Assembly: GCF_963853765.1 (NCBI RefSeq) | Contig: NC_088859.1 | Coordinates: 1,054,001-1,118,000, forward strand | Direction: 5' to 3' | DNA length: 64,000 bases | Source of the DNA: Magallana gigas | Taxonomy: Eukaryota | Shown here: one piece after another, positions 13,201 through 26,400 of the stretch | Position numbering within the stretch: position 1 is the stretch's first letter | Layout: each line of letters starts with the position of its first letter | Position numbers and translations under genes: made by a program | The notes under the pieces: model-generated | The model's input: only the letters and a program-made list of their open reading frames with translations | What the model was told of the DNA's origin: nothing | Database searches by the model: none

Positions 13201-14723
13201 CTTGACAGATGCAGTTAGCTGTTTCAAATTTTCCAAACTTTCTCCTATAGTACAATGGAACTCCATATCAGAAAATTGATCCTATAAGACTATGATTTTC
13301 TTTGATGAGCTTGTTAAATTAAAAATACTCTTAAAACATTACCAAAATTACCACACTATGTATAAATATGTAAAAAAGAAAATTTAATATTACCGGGTAC
13401 AAACAATTTTAAAATTCCAAAACACTACAATCATATCAGTAATTTTGAATTTCATTTAAATTAATGCCCTATAGGGTCACTTCAATTTACTTGACTAATA
13501 AATTTAAACAACTTCTGAAAATAGTTAACTAACAGGGGACAAAAAAAATCTATGAAACAATTTTGCATCAGATAGGAGTTTTTTTTTGGAATCCTTGATA
13601 AAGGAGATCATGCTCTGTATCTGAAGATGTGACCTGTTCGAAAAAACAAAATTCATCTAGCATTTAAAACCTTTGACTCAGATTCAAAATTCAAGCCTGT
13701 CAGTAATTAAAGTAAGGACCAGTAATATTAAGATATAATCATTGAAGGGCACCAGCTCCAAAAACTTTAACCAGCTCTTTAAACCTTAACCTCCTCCAGC
13801 ATCCGTAACCTATGGCTCAGATTCAGCATTCAAGCACATCAGTATCATCAGACGCACCATCCTTGCAAGTTTGGTGAAGTTAGGACCAGTAATAACTAAG
13901 GTATAATCATTAGAGTGCACCTGCTCGATAAACTTTAACCAGCTTTTAAAACTTTAACCTCATCCAGCATCCAAACCTTTGGATCAGATTAAGCATTCAA
14001 ACATGTCAGGTGCATCAGCATCATAAGACACACCATCCATGCAAGTCTGGTGAGCTTAGAACGCATAATAACTTACAAATGGCTATCAAAGGGCACCTGC
14101 ACCAAAAACTTTAACCTGCTCCAAAAATCTTAACCTCCTCCAGCATCTGAAATTCATGGCTCAGGTCTTTCAAGTTCATTTGTAGGTCCAGATGCATCAT
14201 CCATGCAAATTTGGTGAAGATAGGACGAGTAACAACTTAGATACAGCACCTACAACAAAAACCTTAACCATGCAGGTCCGAACGGTGACGCTGGTGGTTA
14301 AGCATAAGCTGCCCCCGACTTTGTCTTGGTGAGCTAAAAACTGCTTCAAAATTTTGGCACAGATAAACAGGAAGTTGACATCAAATTTGTTTTGAAATGA
14401 ATCCCTCTATTTGGCATGCCAAAACATAGTGTCCTAAATTTCAACTATCTGTGAAGTGAAAAATGCAAAGAAAATATGTTAAGGACAGACAGAGACACAC
14501 CAAAGGGTAAAACAGTGTACTACCGTAGTACTTCTCCTTAGGGGCGAGGGTTTAATTCGAGATTTTAATTACAGCTTGCATATACTATTTGAACTACCAG
14601 TACTACAGATATTTAAAAATTGTGTATAAATATCATGCATTTAGACTGCTTGGTTACCTTATTTGACAGTCTTTTTAGTTTTTCTCTCCGTCGTCTTTTG
14701 ATCTTCTCTTCCTCTTTTCTAAC
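10250..14723 (-). CDS. Probable 5' exons of the same gene; not fully joinable, possibly decaying
   Basis: Exon-like AG..GT blocks: 14723-14658 (VRKEEEKIKRRRREKLKRLSNK, NLS-like), 13281-13116 (DQFSDMEFHC..CKGR), ~12830-12755 (IREFMEEEPDVPVVFLHTLNGKTEGH), ~12330-12180 (SCVQCESNN), ~10430-10250 (TPEAILRKILPLILKG). Phases do not all match and some blocks contain stops. Confidence 0.45.
13600..14340 (-). mobile_element. HINE carrying about 3-4 satellite-like units of about 170-180 bp
   Basis: The end reads ttttagctcaccaagacaaagtcggggg on the minus strand. The block aaactttaacc..cttaacctcctccagcatc recurs near 13760, 13930 and 14105. Confidence 0.65.
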
Positions 14724-17069
14724 CTAAGAGACAAACAATATTTAAACTAAAATTTCTTAAGTCTTAGTGTAGTCTGTTTGTGAAATATATTTTTTTGTGT
14801 CATAAAAAAAATAAAAAACGTATATATAGTATAATAGCACTATTATACTATATATACTATTATTTTTTTTTTTTTGCACAGATTGTCTCAAAACCCTGTG
14901 GATATTCAGGAGATCTTTGTGCATGTGTTTATATGCAATTATTGTCAAAATAATAATGCACATAATTATGTATTTAAAAAAGCAACAAATGACACAAATG
15001 CTTAAGTAGCTAAACACAGGTTCACTTAAAATCCAGGGGGTTTTTCTCTTGGAAAAAGCATGATGGGTATGGATTTTCTTGCTATTTCATGCGGTATACA
15101 TGAAAATTATTTTTTTTTAATTTCTCAATTGCATGATATAGGGGTTTATCTTTCTAATACATGAAAAAAGTATGTAGAAAATATTTAAAAAATTAATTTT
15201 GTGAGACTCTAAAATAAAGGGAGGTAACTCCAAAAACATCCGGATTTTACGCGTGCAGAATTTCATGATTTTTTTAGAGGGGAATATAGCTCTTTTAAAA
15301 GCTGACAAATGTATCCTAAAAAAACTTTAAAACGATGCCTAAGGACTTGCTCTTGAATATGCATGAAAATTAAAATTGCTGATGTATTTGCATTCTGCTG
15401 TTAGGGGGAGCCTAAAATGCATGGGTGTACTGCATTTAGAGGCATTCTTTTGTCTATTTCTGTATAGCTGTTGTATTCACGCATTATTTCACACAGTTAA
15501 ATGCGTGAATCTCATACATATATTTCATTGAATTAATGAATCATTTTGCATATTGTTGCCTGTAATATGAACCTGTACATTCTGGGCTATTATTTCATTC
15601 ATTATTTGTTATAATCATGATATTATTTTTGTCCCCCGCCGCAACGCAGAGCGGGGACATAGAAATGCCGGGCGTCCAGAATTCTATTCTTGTTTTAAAT
15701 GTATATGCCCCCAGAGGGCCCTTGATTGGTGAATATATAAAGATATTGTTTTGAGTGGCAAATAAGTTCTAGCTTTAAGTAACGTGCATTATTTTTAAAT
15801 ATTTACAAAATTCACAATTTTATCTTTCTATTCATATCAGAGACATTAATAACAGAGATTGGCAGCTGATCGAAATCTTGCGAAATCCCCCGGTCCCTAT
15901 TGTAAAGTGTTCCCAGTTTAAATCATTATATCTTTCTAATATAAAACAATTATATCGAAATAAAAACAACTAAAACCTATTACCAAAACATTTAAAATAT
16001 TTTATTTTCATGAGTTTATGTCATATAAACAATATTAAAGGAAAAGTTTTAGGAGGCAGTTGGCTTCCTGTCGTCCGAGATTTCGCCGATGTTTTATAGC
16101 TGGCCAATATATTTTCTATATATTAAGGTAGTCCTATACTCGGCACTAAATGGGCTCAATCATTAAAAGCTTAGCTTTAAATGATAAACATACATTCTAG
16201 TTATACATATACAAAAGAAAATATGCATGTTTACAAGCTAGTTTGTTTGTTATCACCTCTCAGACGGGTGTACCCCCTTGCGAAAATTATTGACAATTAT
16301 GAAATTTGCCAGACGTCCGTTTTTCCTAAATATAATTACCGTACCAATTTTGGGAAAATTAGAACTGCACATTCATAATAGAGTTTAAAAAATTTATTTA
16401 AGCCATATTTCATCAATAATTTTGCGCAAATTTTTGTAAGTAAGTACGCTTTATGGACCTGATGTTATTGTATCAAAATAGAATACAAAAAATGCAATGC
16501 TAGTATCGCGTTTGGTAATTTTTTTTTTACTATTTTATGGACTCAAACTTAAATTTATGGTGTTTATTCAGATTGACATCTTAGAAAAAAGATCTGTCAA
16601 CAATGTTAGATATCATTTAAACATTAATTAATTGACGATTTATTAAATTCGTAATAGCTTCTGCCTCTAAATTTAAACCGATTTTAGTAAAAGAAAAAGA
16701 AAAATTCGGCAAGGGGGGGGGGGGGGGGGCATCAAAACAAACAAGATATAAGCATACCTGAGATCCTGGTTAATCAGAAACTTCGTTTTTCATTTTACTT
16801 TAACAGAATCGAGTTTCTTAACATTAATTATTTCTATCTCTCATAGAATACATATATTACCGTTCTAATTGCTTATTATTGCCATTGTTTACAACAGCGA
16901 TGTAGAGAAAAATCAATACTGGGTATCTAAAACGCTTTGTAAAAGTCGAACCAATATTGTAAAATCTGTATTATGACGTAATGTGATACTCGGACTACTT
17001 TAATTTGATTTTACAATTTTTTCTTTCAAAAATGTCTAAAACCTATGCACACTTTTCATTAAAACAATA

Positions 17070-17215
17070 CTGGCGTGCAACCAGTTCTCGCCGAGTACCA
17101 TTTCTCGCCAGTACATTGTGACCTCATTTTTCGTCTATAATTTGATGTGTTTATAAAATGACGTCACAATGTACTGGCAAGAAATAGTAATCGGCGAGAA
17201 CTGGTCGCACGCCAG
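17070..17215. mobile_element. Palindromic MITE with TA flanks
   Basis: TA|ctggcgtgcaaccagttctcgccga ... tcggcgagaactggtcgcacgccag|TA; nearly the whole element folds back. Confidence 0.7.
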
Positions 17216-17648
17216 TATAGTTTTAGTTAAAGATCATTATCTCAGTTCACTAAAATGTAGTTCACAAAGTAAGGTTGGTCCCGTACCATTTTTCAACAAC
17301 AAAACATGCTAATGGCGGAGTTGCCAATCTCTGTTGATATATAGATATGTATGTAACATGTTTTTACAATTTAAATTCAAACGGGTCAGTTTTGCTTGTC
17401 CCTCATCTAAAAACATCCTTATAACGTTACATATAAAACTGTGTTTTGCACCCTAATTGTATTTTGTTGCATCTTAAAATATTTATTAAAACTATTAATT
17501 ATGATTTTCCTAGGTAACTGGATACGTTCTTTCTTGGAGAAAACATACCATAGGAATTGGGTACGTTTTCTCTTAAGTAGGTGTTCTCTAGCAATCTTTT
17601 AATCTTGCTTATGGGGAGGAAACACTGCGACTGATTTGATGTCTCCAC

Positions 17649-17704
17649 TGAAGGTCATAGTGATTATGTCGGTCATTAGACCGACATAATCACAATGACC
17701 TTCA
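17649..17704. repeat. 56-bp near-perfect hairpin
   Basis: tgaaggtcat-agtgattatgtcggtc-atta-gaccgacataatcac-aatgaccttca. Confidence 0.75.
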
Positions 17705-18199
17705 ATCAGAACAATTATTAATCAATCATTATGTATATGGTTGAAATATGTTCATACCTACGATATAGATTAAAATGATTGCAAACATACTTTCTGACAC
17801 AAGTATAGGACTAAAAAATAATTACGGGGTCAATTATGGATACAAGATTTCCAAATTAACTCGAATTTCCTATTCCTATTAACTCAATAAACTTGACAAA
17901 AAAGTGTATACCACTTCAGAATAATAACTAAATAAAAAATATCATAATATATATGAAGTAGGAGTATAATATGGATCCTAAAACTTTAAACTATACAATC
18001 CAAAATCATGAAAAACGTACAAATTTGAATTTAGGGTCACCGTCTTGCTTATCCTCCATATTGTTTTCTTTTTTTATTAACTGCAGTACTAATTGGCGCA
18101 TGCGTATTGGGAACCTTTGGCCCGGTTACAGGGATATTTTGAGTTCGGTTAAATCCCAATAACCGGGACTATAAATACCTCAACATATGCTTGAGATAT

Positions 18200-18600
18200 T
18201 TTTGGGAGTTGATTTTTAATCAACTCTCCTATGCAGTCACGCGGACAAACCGAAAGTGAAACAGTGTTTGGACCTCAGCACAAATCATTGCTCCTGACAA
18301 GACTTAGTTCTTGAAAATAATTGATGAATTTGATGTAATGTATGCTAAAGCATAATGATTGTTTTTCAAGGAAACATATTTACAAATACCTTAAATATAG
18401 TCAGATTTTTTAAAAAAAATGGTACGAACAATTTAAATATTTTTTGTAGTCGTATGTATTCCTACGCCAGAGTTCAATATAGTCTCGTTCAACTCGACGC
18501 TCGGCTGTCTCCGTAAACCCTTGTCGGAGATTTCAGTGTCAGCCGAGCGTTTGGTTGAACGAGACTAGAGTTCAATATTGCTTGGATCCATACAATTTTC
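18200..18600. mobile_element. Dispersed repeat containing an 88-bp hairpin MITE (18480-18567) with a 10-bp direct duplication
   Basis: gagttcaata at 18470-18479 and 18568-18577 flanks tagtctcgttcaac..gttgaacgagacta. An inverted homologue lies at about 62445-62860. Confidence 0.75.
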
Positions 18601-19990
18601 GAGAAATATTTCTACCACTGATACATAGTTTGATTGAATTAATTTTATCTTTTAAATATTATTTAACATGATTCATATGGAGGTTTCTCGACATTTTAGT
18701 CGAAAAAGTTAAAAAATTCATATTATAAAAATATGCGTAATTCAAATTAGAAACTACGTATACATACATGTACTTATCATGCAAAATAACATAGCATTGA
18801 TTTTAAAATAAATAAACCTCGACAAAATCAACTCCCGCCAGTTCTTCAGTACTTTGATTTTTAATTCGTGGCCACGAAATAAAAGTCGTTCCCACGAAAT
18901 AAAAGTCAATTGTAATTTCATTTGAATATATATAATTCGTGGGAACAAAATTGACCTATAAGTTTCCGTAAGAAATAATGGGAATAATACTTGGTAGATG
19001 TAAATAAGAATGAAACCCGGCTACAATACACGCTGATATAACAAGCCAAGATGTATTGCAATATCAAACGCAAACCCCAACTGTTGCGTATATTACCCTT
19101 TGTGGACTTAGTTATAATTAAAAATTTCAAGGATGCGTAAATTTATGACTAATGATCCTATCAATATACGTGTACAATTTGTTTTCAGATATTGTACGTC
19201 AAGGAACAATAATTTCGTGGATCAACTTAACAAGGTTCATATAGTAAATGTCGAATGTCTTGATGACAGAATGAGGGTGCTTTGTTATATGCCTTCTATC
19301 TTATAAATTATAATAACATACATGTATATATATACTCTCTCTCTCCTATCCCCTCATTAGACTGTCTCTTTCACTTACTTCAATTCCTTATATCCCAATT
19401 TTTTGAAACATTTAGATTTCACGAAAAATACCACTTTTTTTTAAAAGAATTTTGTTTTATGTTTTGTTTTAGAGCGAAAGCGATTACATTAAAGCGATAT
19501 ACATGAACATTTATTTGTAAAACCATTTTCGCCAGTATCAAAAATTAAGGCGCTCCTCTTTTTTTCGTATGGGCTATATCATATATATAATATGCCACTT
19601 TCTTTGGTGTTTCATGCAGGTATGATGGTAACTAGCATTGCAGATAAAATGCATATTAGAAACCATTTGTTATAATCCATGCAATCGCTGTTTTAATTAT
19701 ATCATAAATACCTACATGCATGTTTTCTATATCGATATATTAATTGAAAATTGGCTTGATTGGTACGCAACATGTTATTTACAATGCGTTTGTGAGAAGC
19801 AGTGCGGATCAGAAAACCTTGGCTAGAGTAGATGCAGATTGTTTAGACTTCTAAATTCATAAGATTTTACATCAACCACGATAAAACAAGAGTGAAAAAT
19901 GTAATAGTTCAGTACCACCACACATGTGTTTGACAATTTGACAGTTCATATTTTCGCGGAATTTTTCCCCGGCGTTTTCTATGAATCGAG

Positions 19991-21430
19991 GGTAGACGGA
20001 CATCTCGGCCCAACGACACCTCGGCCAAGGGCGTTTGACACCTCGGCCCAGACGGATCGGCCCAAATTTATTGACACGTCGGCCCATGTAAAAGACACCT
20101 CGGCCCAATGAATTTTTAGGTTCTACTAAATAAAAAAAAATAGGGGCAGATAATTACTTTATCTATTCATTGATTTCTTCTTTCTATCTCTTTTTTTAAG
20201 ATAATGTCCAACGACATGAAATATTGAATTGCTGCTAAATGTGATAAAATTGTCAGATGATATTTAGCATCAAAATGTTCGTACAAGACGCGCACAAGAC
20301 CATTATATTTAAAATTAGTATGATCATATTTATTTAATCAACACTGAATCGAATGGTTAGTATATCGTTATTACACAACATTAATGAAAAAAGTTCATTT
20401 AAAGTCTATAAAAAATATTTTTTTATGTGGAAGGTTAGATAGAAACAAACCTAAATCAACTTTTAGTGAAAAGGTCATGTCTATCGTTTTTAAATTTACA
20501 ACGATATGTACAATAAGCGCGCATAACTTCGGACATCGGGTCACACTTGCATACATGTATGACTAAACCTGTCAATCAAACCTTTGTATTTGTTTCATTG
20601 GATGGTCACGCGTCTCATTTTTTTTTTTTTTTTTTTGTCAACAGCCAATAGAAATTTTATGACTTTAAGGTTGTCGAAATCTTATTACTTAACTTTTTTC
20701 ACTACAATAATAATAGAAAATGTGAATTTTGTAGATCGGAAATTTCAGGAATTGAAGACACACTTGAAATATATATATTAGTGTTAAATCTAGGATTTAA
20801 AGATTGCAATATTTAGATATTTTCATAAATTTATTAAATCTACAAAGATTGACCAGAAAGTGGACACAATAAAAATATTTTGCGTAATAATGAAATGAAA
20901 TGTCATGATGTGTTGTTTCTCTGACGATTTTGTAAATCTGATATGGGGTTGTAATCATTGAAAGGATATATATGGACTTTGGTGATTATCGTCTTATAAT
21001 TAACTGTTCGTAATTAAATCTTCATTGTCACCCGTGACACGCGTTTGCGACTCCAAAGGAAAGTGCTGCATCCTCTTGTTTGTTTAACTATTATAGTGTC
21101 ATTGTCGTTGTCGAAATTGTCGTCATTTTCTTAATTTTACTTTCTTTTTTTTTGTTTGCTTAACAATTAGAACTTAATGGTCTCATTTTTTTATTAATTC
21201 AATTTCTTTTACACGTCTTTGATATGTAATATTTTGATAAAATATATATGTACCGGGGTAAATAAAATAAAAACATTTAAATCAAATATTTTTGTTTGAA
21301 TTTTGCTTGAACCGAGATGTCTTTTACGTGAGCCGAGGTGTCTCAAATTTTGGGCCGACCCGTCTGGGCCGAGGTGTCCTGGGGCCGAAGTGTCGTTGGG
21401 CCGAGGTGTCGTTGGGCCGACATGTCTGAC
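19991..21430. mobile_element. Foldback-type element: about 120-bp inverted arms built from gacacctcggcccaac units around an AT-rich core
   Basis: The left arm (19991-20110) and right arm (about 21310-21430) are reverse complements made of about 16-17-bp subrepeats. Confidence 0.75.
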
Positions 21431-22254
21431 ATTCGAATCGAGAGTTCCGAAAGGAAGCCGCCATCTTGTTTGTTTACACTCATCTCGAGGGAATATTTAT
21501 ACGAACTTTATTTTATTTTAACGATTTAAGACAGGATTTTAACCATTTAAAGGTAAGACTCATTAGAATTATACTTAATCTTTACATTCGGATCATCGTC
21601 AAGTGCATCATTATTCTCGGTTCCCTACCAAAATCTCTTAAAGTTAGTACCCCCCTCCCGGGAAAAATCTAGTTTTGACGAAATAATAAAGGCAATTTTT
21701 CTTTAAATGATTGAGTCTATCGAGAATATTTAAATTAGATATTAACATATGAATCAAAAAATCAATGGCACTTTGCACAAACATTATAAAAAATATATAG
21801 AAGTGTGTTTTTTTATACTCAGTTGGGGTATAGAAGAAAGAGAATCAGAGGAAATTCGGACATCATAACAGCATAATTGTCATATTCATTTCTAATTAAA
21901 CTGCTCTTATAAAACTGCATCTGATATGTAATATCAATATCCTTGTATGTGAGCTCTTATAATGATTATAACTAAAAACGAACAAGTTTCTCCAAATGTA
22001 CTACTTTTAATAACATAGTATATGTATACATGTAGGATGGTAGATTTGTGTTAGTACCTTAACAAGTGACTTACACCACACATCACTTACAATACCGCAT
22101 ACTAGCATCAATATGTCTGATGCTTTGCTTATATTTATTATCTTACTTGGACTACATTAGATCTATAATGTGTTTATTCTGTAGATACTAGTATTGGTGT
22201 CTATGAAGTAAAATGTAATCAAAATTAATACATATTGTAAACATTTTCATTTAA

Positions 22255-22800
22255 GGTAGCTCCATACTCGTAAAATTCTCTGAGGAAAGTTGAAAAACCG
22301 AACTGATTTCGACTTAATAGACTTAAATGTCATCAATTGTTAGAAAAAATATACATGTCATCACACTTTTTGAGATGCCAGATAAACATAAACTAAAGCA
22401 TATTTTAGCATTAGAAAAATGTATTTTTTTCTGTTAAAAGTAAAATCTTGAAGGCAGAAATTTGTTTTTCTTGTTTAATTTTAATGTCAACTTTATCAGA
22501 AAACTAAAATTACAAAAATATTTAAAAATTAATCGTTGGAATAAGAAAAACTATAGCATTTAGACATACAACTGAGAGAAAAGTCAGAAATAGAGTTATT
22601 TCCCCTTTGCATAGATAAAATATATAAAAATTTGGAAATTTAGTATAAAATTAAGTGCGAAAATATCTTTAACATACCAATAATTCTAATTACATCCATG
22701 TGATTATATTCACATAAAATAAATAAAACTATCTTGCACAATTTTTAAAGAATTCAAAGTTTTACAAAAAGGTGTGACGTCACAGAACACTGGATCTACT
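22255..22800. mobile_element. TTAA-flanked non-autonomous element
   Basis: TTAA|ggtagctcca ... tggatctact|TTAA. Confidence 0.55.
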
Positions 22801-23453
22801 TTAATTTAGATATTAAAGTAAATTTCATCTATTTTGACTTGGAGATTTATTCACTGTACATTAAATCTAGGCCTCACTAATATTATTTCTTGTTCGTCGT
22901 ACCCCGTGTGCTCGAATTTAAATTAAACTATACAAATAATGTAATTATTAATTTGCCACATCCAGAAAATTCTGTGCTGTTTTCTGTTTTTATTTCGCTC
23001 TAGTTTTCACATTTTAGATAGTTTTGATTTATTAATCAGAAACAAGTAGAAAAAATATAATTGTCCACACAAATTTATTTATGGACCGCCCAAAAATTTT
23101 GACTACAAAAATTAATACTTTGTTATTTAATCGCTCACCCGGTCATACCTTTTTTCACTGGATGTCCGACAAACAAGAAATTAAATTGGTTCGGCCCTAT
23201 GAAACTATAATACCCATGAATATATATATAAATATAATTATATAAAGTTTGATATTAAAAAAATATGAAAAGCTAAAATCAGATTCAGTCTGGTAAAATT
23301 TTAATGTTATTTTCTGAAAGTATATCTCCTCAGTACTTGGTATTGAGAGTATACCATGAATGGCATTATCATTTTTACAATATATGTTCTCTGATGCTAA
23401 CACTACCTAGTTATGATATACTTAGACCATGTTAACCAATGTTTGTGTTACAG

Positions 23454-26400
23454 ATGACCTCTGATGTGAGTCACCTAACTTCAGTATTCCCCCTACTGGT
23501 GGACTCCATCTTCATGTCCTCCTCCCTGGCCGTGATTCTGATCGACTGGAACCACAGCTTTCTGGAGAGGTCACTGCTCAGGCTGATACTGAGTTATCTC
23601 CCTCGATGGAGATATCGCAACATCAGGCAGGATGTGTACCTGTGTCTGTTTGCCTTCGCTCTTGGCGTGATATACATGAAAAAGTTGTCTTTTGACATGG
23701 AAGTTTGTAGGATTATTTTCATTGCTGTTGCTGTACTGCTGTCATTCTGGCTCCAGAGTAAAACAAAAGAAGAAAATGTGTCGGACAAATGTATTGGAAC
23801 CTCAAAGATAAAGGTATCCAACAAGTCAGTGGGAGAGTCCTTGGTTACCAGGGACCAGGAAGTCAGTGTCTCCACCTGCTGTGAGGCAGGGATACCTCAA
23901 TCCCTGCTGTCTCTGCTCCCCTCCTCTTCAGAACCTCAGTCTGAGGTTGACATTGAGGAGGAGATGAGGCAGAGTTATGTTAAAAACTTTCGGGAAAAGT
24001 TTGATGAAGCGATTGTTCCTGAGGAGAAACTGGTGACAGCCATCAAGTACCTGAACACAATCAAGGGAGGTAAGTCAAATCCAATCTTATTGACTGAACA
24101 TTGGTTAGATTAACAGGGGTGTTCATATTAAAAGGAAATCATTTAAGCATGCAACTGGGTAACTTATAAGTTGGGTTTACTAAAACTGTCTTTAAAGAAA
24201 AAGAAATGTACTACTACATGTATGTATGTATTGTAAGTTGTTTCTGACCGTGTGAGAGACAGCGATTACCAATATACATATGTACCTGGTACATTACCCT
24301 CAGATCTTCGTCTATTTTACCCACAAATACATGTTCATTAGAATCGTTTTGAATTTAAGTTATTGAGATGTAAAAATATAGCTAAACATTACATTTTGAA
24401 TAAGTGTATTTATTATTTTTTCTGTTAATTAAACTTTTTGCTTTGCACCCAGTAATGGTTCTTGAGTGTTCATATATCTTAGGGTTTTTAGTAAAGCAGA
24501 CATTTGTATCTACATTGCACTTTTCTAAAACTGTAAACCAACTTTATTCGCTATAACTTTATTTTGGAGTTTTCCGAAGATAAATTGGTTAATGCCAACT
24601 AATTTTCTCAATCAAGATTTATATTATCTGGAGAAAAAAATTAAAAGAGACATTTGAGAACTGGTTCACGGCGAGAAATTATCATGACGACAAGGTTCTA
24701 AATTTCTCACATGTGAATAAAAGTTGGTTTACAATATTTATTGAAGGTATGCACTACAACCTAAATTAATTTAAAGAGATTCTATTATTCAGCTTGAAGT
24801 GAAACCGATGGCTATTTTTAATGAAAACTTTGCTTGTTTTGAATAACATTTAGATCCATGAATCACAAAAACCAAAGTGTCTACTCTATGACTGTACACT
24901 TTGATATCTTCTTTAAAACTATAATGTGATACATGTAGTACATTTAGCTGTAGCCATTATTTATTGCTGTACTGAAATTCTTTTAATCAGTCAAATGTTA
25001 AGGATATACCTGAGATTTAGCATCTTGTTGAGGAACCTGATTCCTTATTTTCTTTAAAAAATATTGCTTGTTTATCAGGTATGGCTGCTCACAGAGATTT
25101 TGACAAGCTGATGCATGCAGTGGACCACATTGATAAGTTCACATTGAGTTCACGCCTGGATGACTCAGGATTCCCTCAGGATTATTCCTACGATGAGCTG
25201 AGCCACATCATGGTAAAGGAGAAGATGTATAGACCCCAGGAGTTCTGGAGAGTGCTGGAGATATGTCTGGAAACCAGTGGTAAGTGACGACAAATCAAAG
25301 TTAGGAAATAGAAATGGATTCTACAGCAAATGAATTCATACAATAAACTTGGTTGGGTGATTTACATTTTATAAGCTGTGAAATGGTTTATAAAAAAAGA
25401 AAACTTTACTTTCAATCAAGTTCATATGAGAATTAATTATACTTATTTTAATTATATTTCTTACAATTCAATTCACTGACATACATATGCCGAAACTTAA
25501 AGAAATTTTCCTCATAAATAATCTGTGATCTGAGTGAAAAGTTTACATAAGCAAAAACTTTTTCATTTATTATGAATGAAATAGCGTGTTACAAACAGAA
25601 GTTGTGTATTTCATAAATAAATTAAAAGTTTTTACGGTGACATACGGTATTATATATTGAATGTTTTTGTGCAACTGTTGGACACAATTACATAATGAAT
25701 CCCATAAATCCTTCAAAAGTCTGAAGATTTTTATAATTGAACTGTTTTCAAAATAATGCAAAACTGCATGAAATATATTTTGAAAACTAATCAGAGTTGT
25801 TGGAATTATAAGTCTAAGAGATGTTGATGATAAATAATTATCTCCCTGTACAATGAAAATGATTATGATGGAAAAATAGTATTCAGCAGAGAATGTCTGA
25901 GAAACATCTACATAAGATAAATAGGGGAACAACAAAAAACATTATGTTAACTTTTTTTCATTTGATGTCACTGATTTCTTTCAATTAATTTGATTGTACA
26001 TATACAAGTCTTTTATTCATTTTTTCCCAGGTTTCCTGCCATCTCCTGAGGAGTTTGAGGAAATCCGCAATGAAACGAAAGGTATAGGTAATAACAGTTT
26101 GATTTTATTTGGCCATATGTAAAGAACTTTTATTTGATCTTAAAAATTGGACATGATTATTTTAAGCAATACCCAGTGATTAATTGTGTTAATTGATTTT
26201 ATCTTTACGTATCAAGATAATGTTATTTGTTTTAAAATAGATATTATAAAGACATATATAAATTTGAAATGTTTACTGTTTTATATGATAGTCTGAGAGA
26301 TTACAGATTTATTGTATAAATGTATATCAGAAGATTTACTTTGTATATAATAAAAAATACTGGATATATTAATAGAATATTATTTTTTAAAAATCAATTG

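Noticed and set aside
19872-21529. Short Arg/Gly/Pro-rich ORFs at 19872-20111 and 21303-21529
   Set aside because: They arise from the GC-rich arms of the foldback element.
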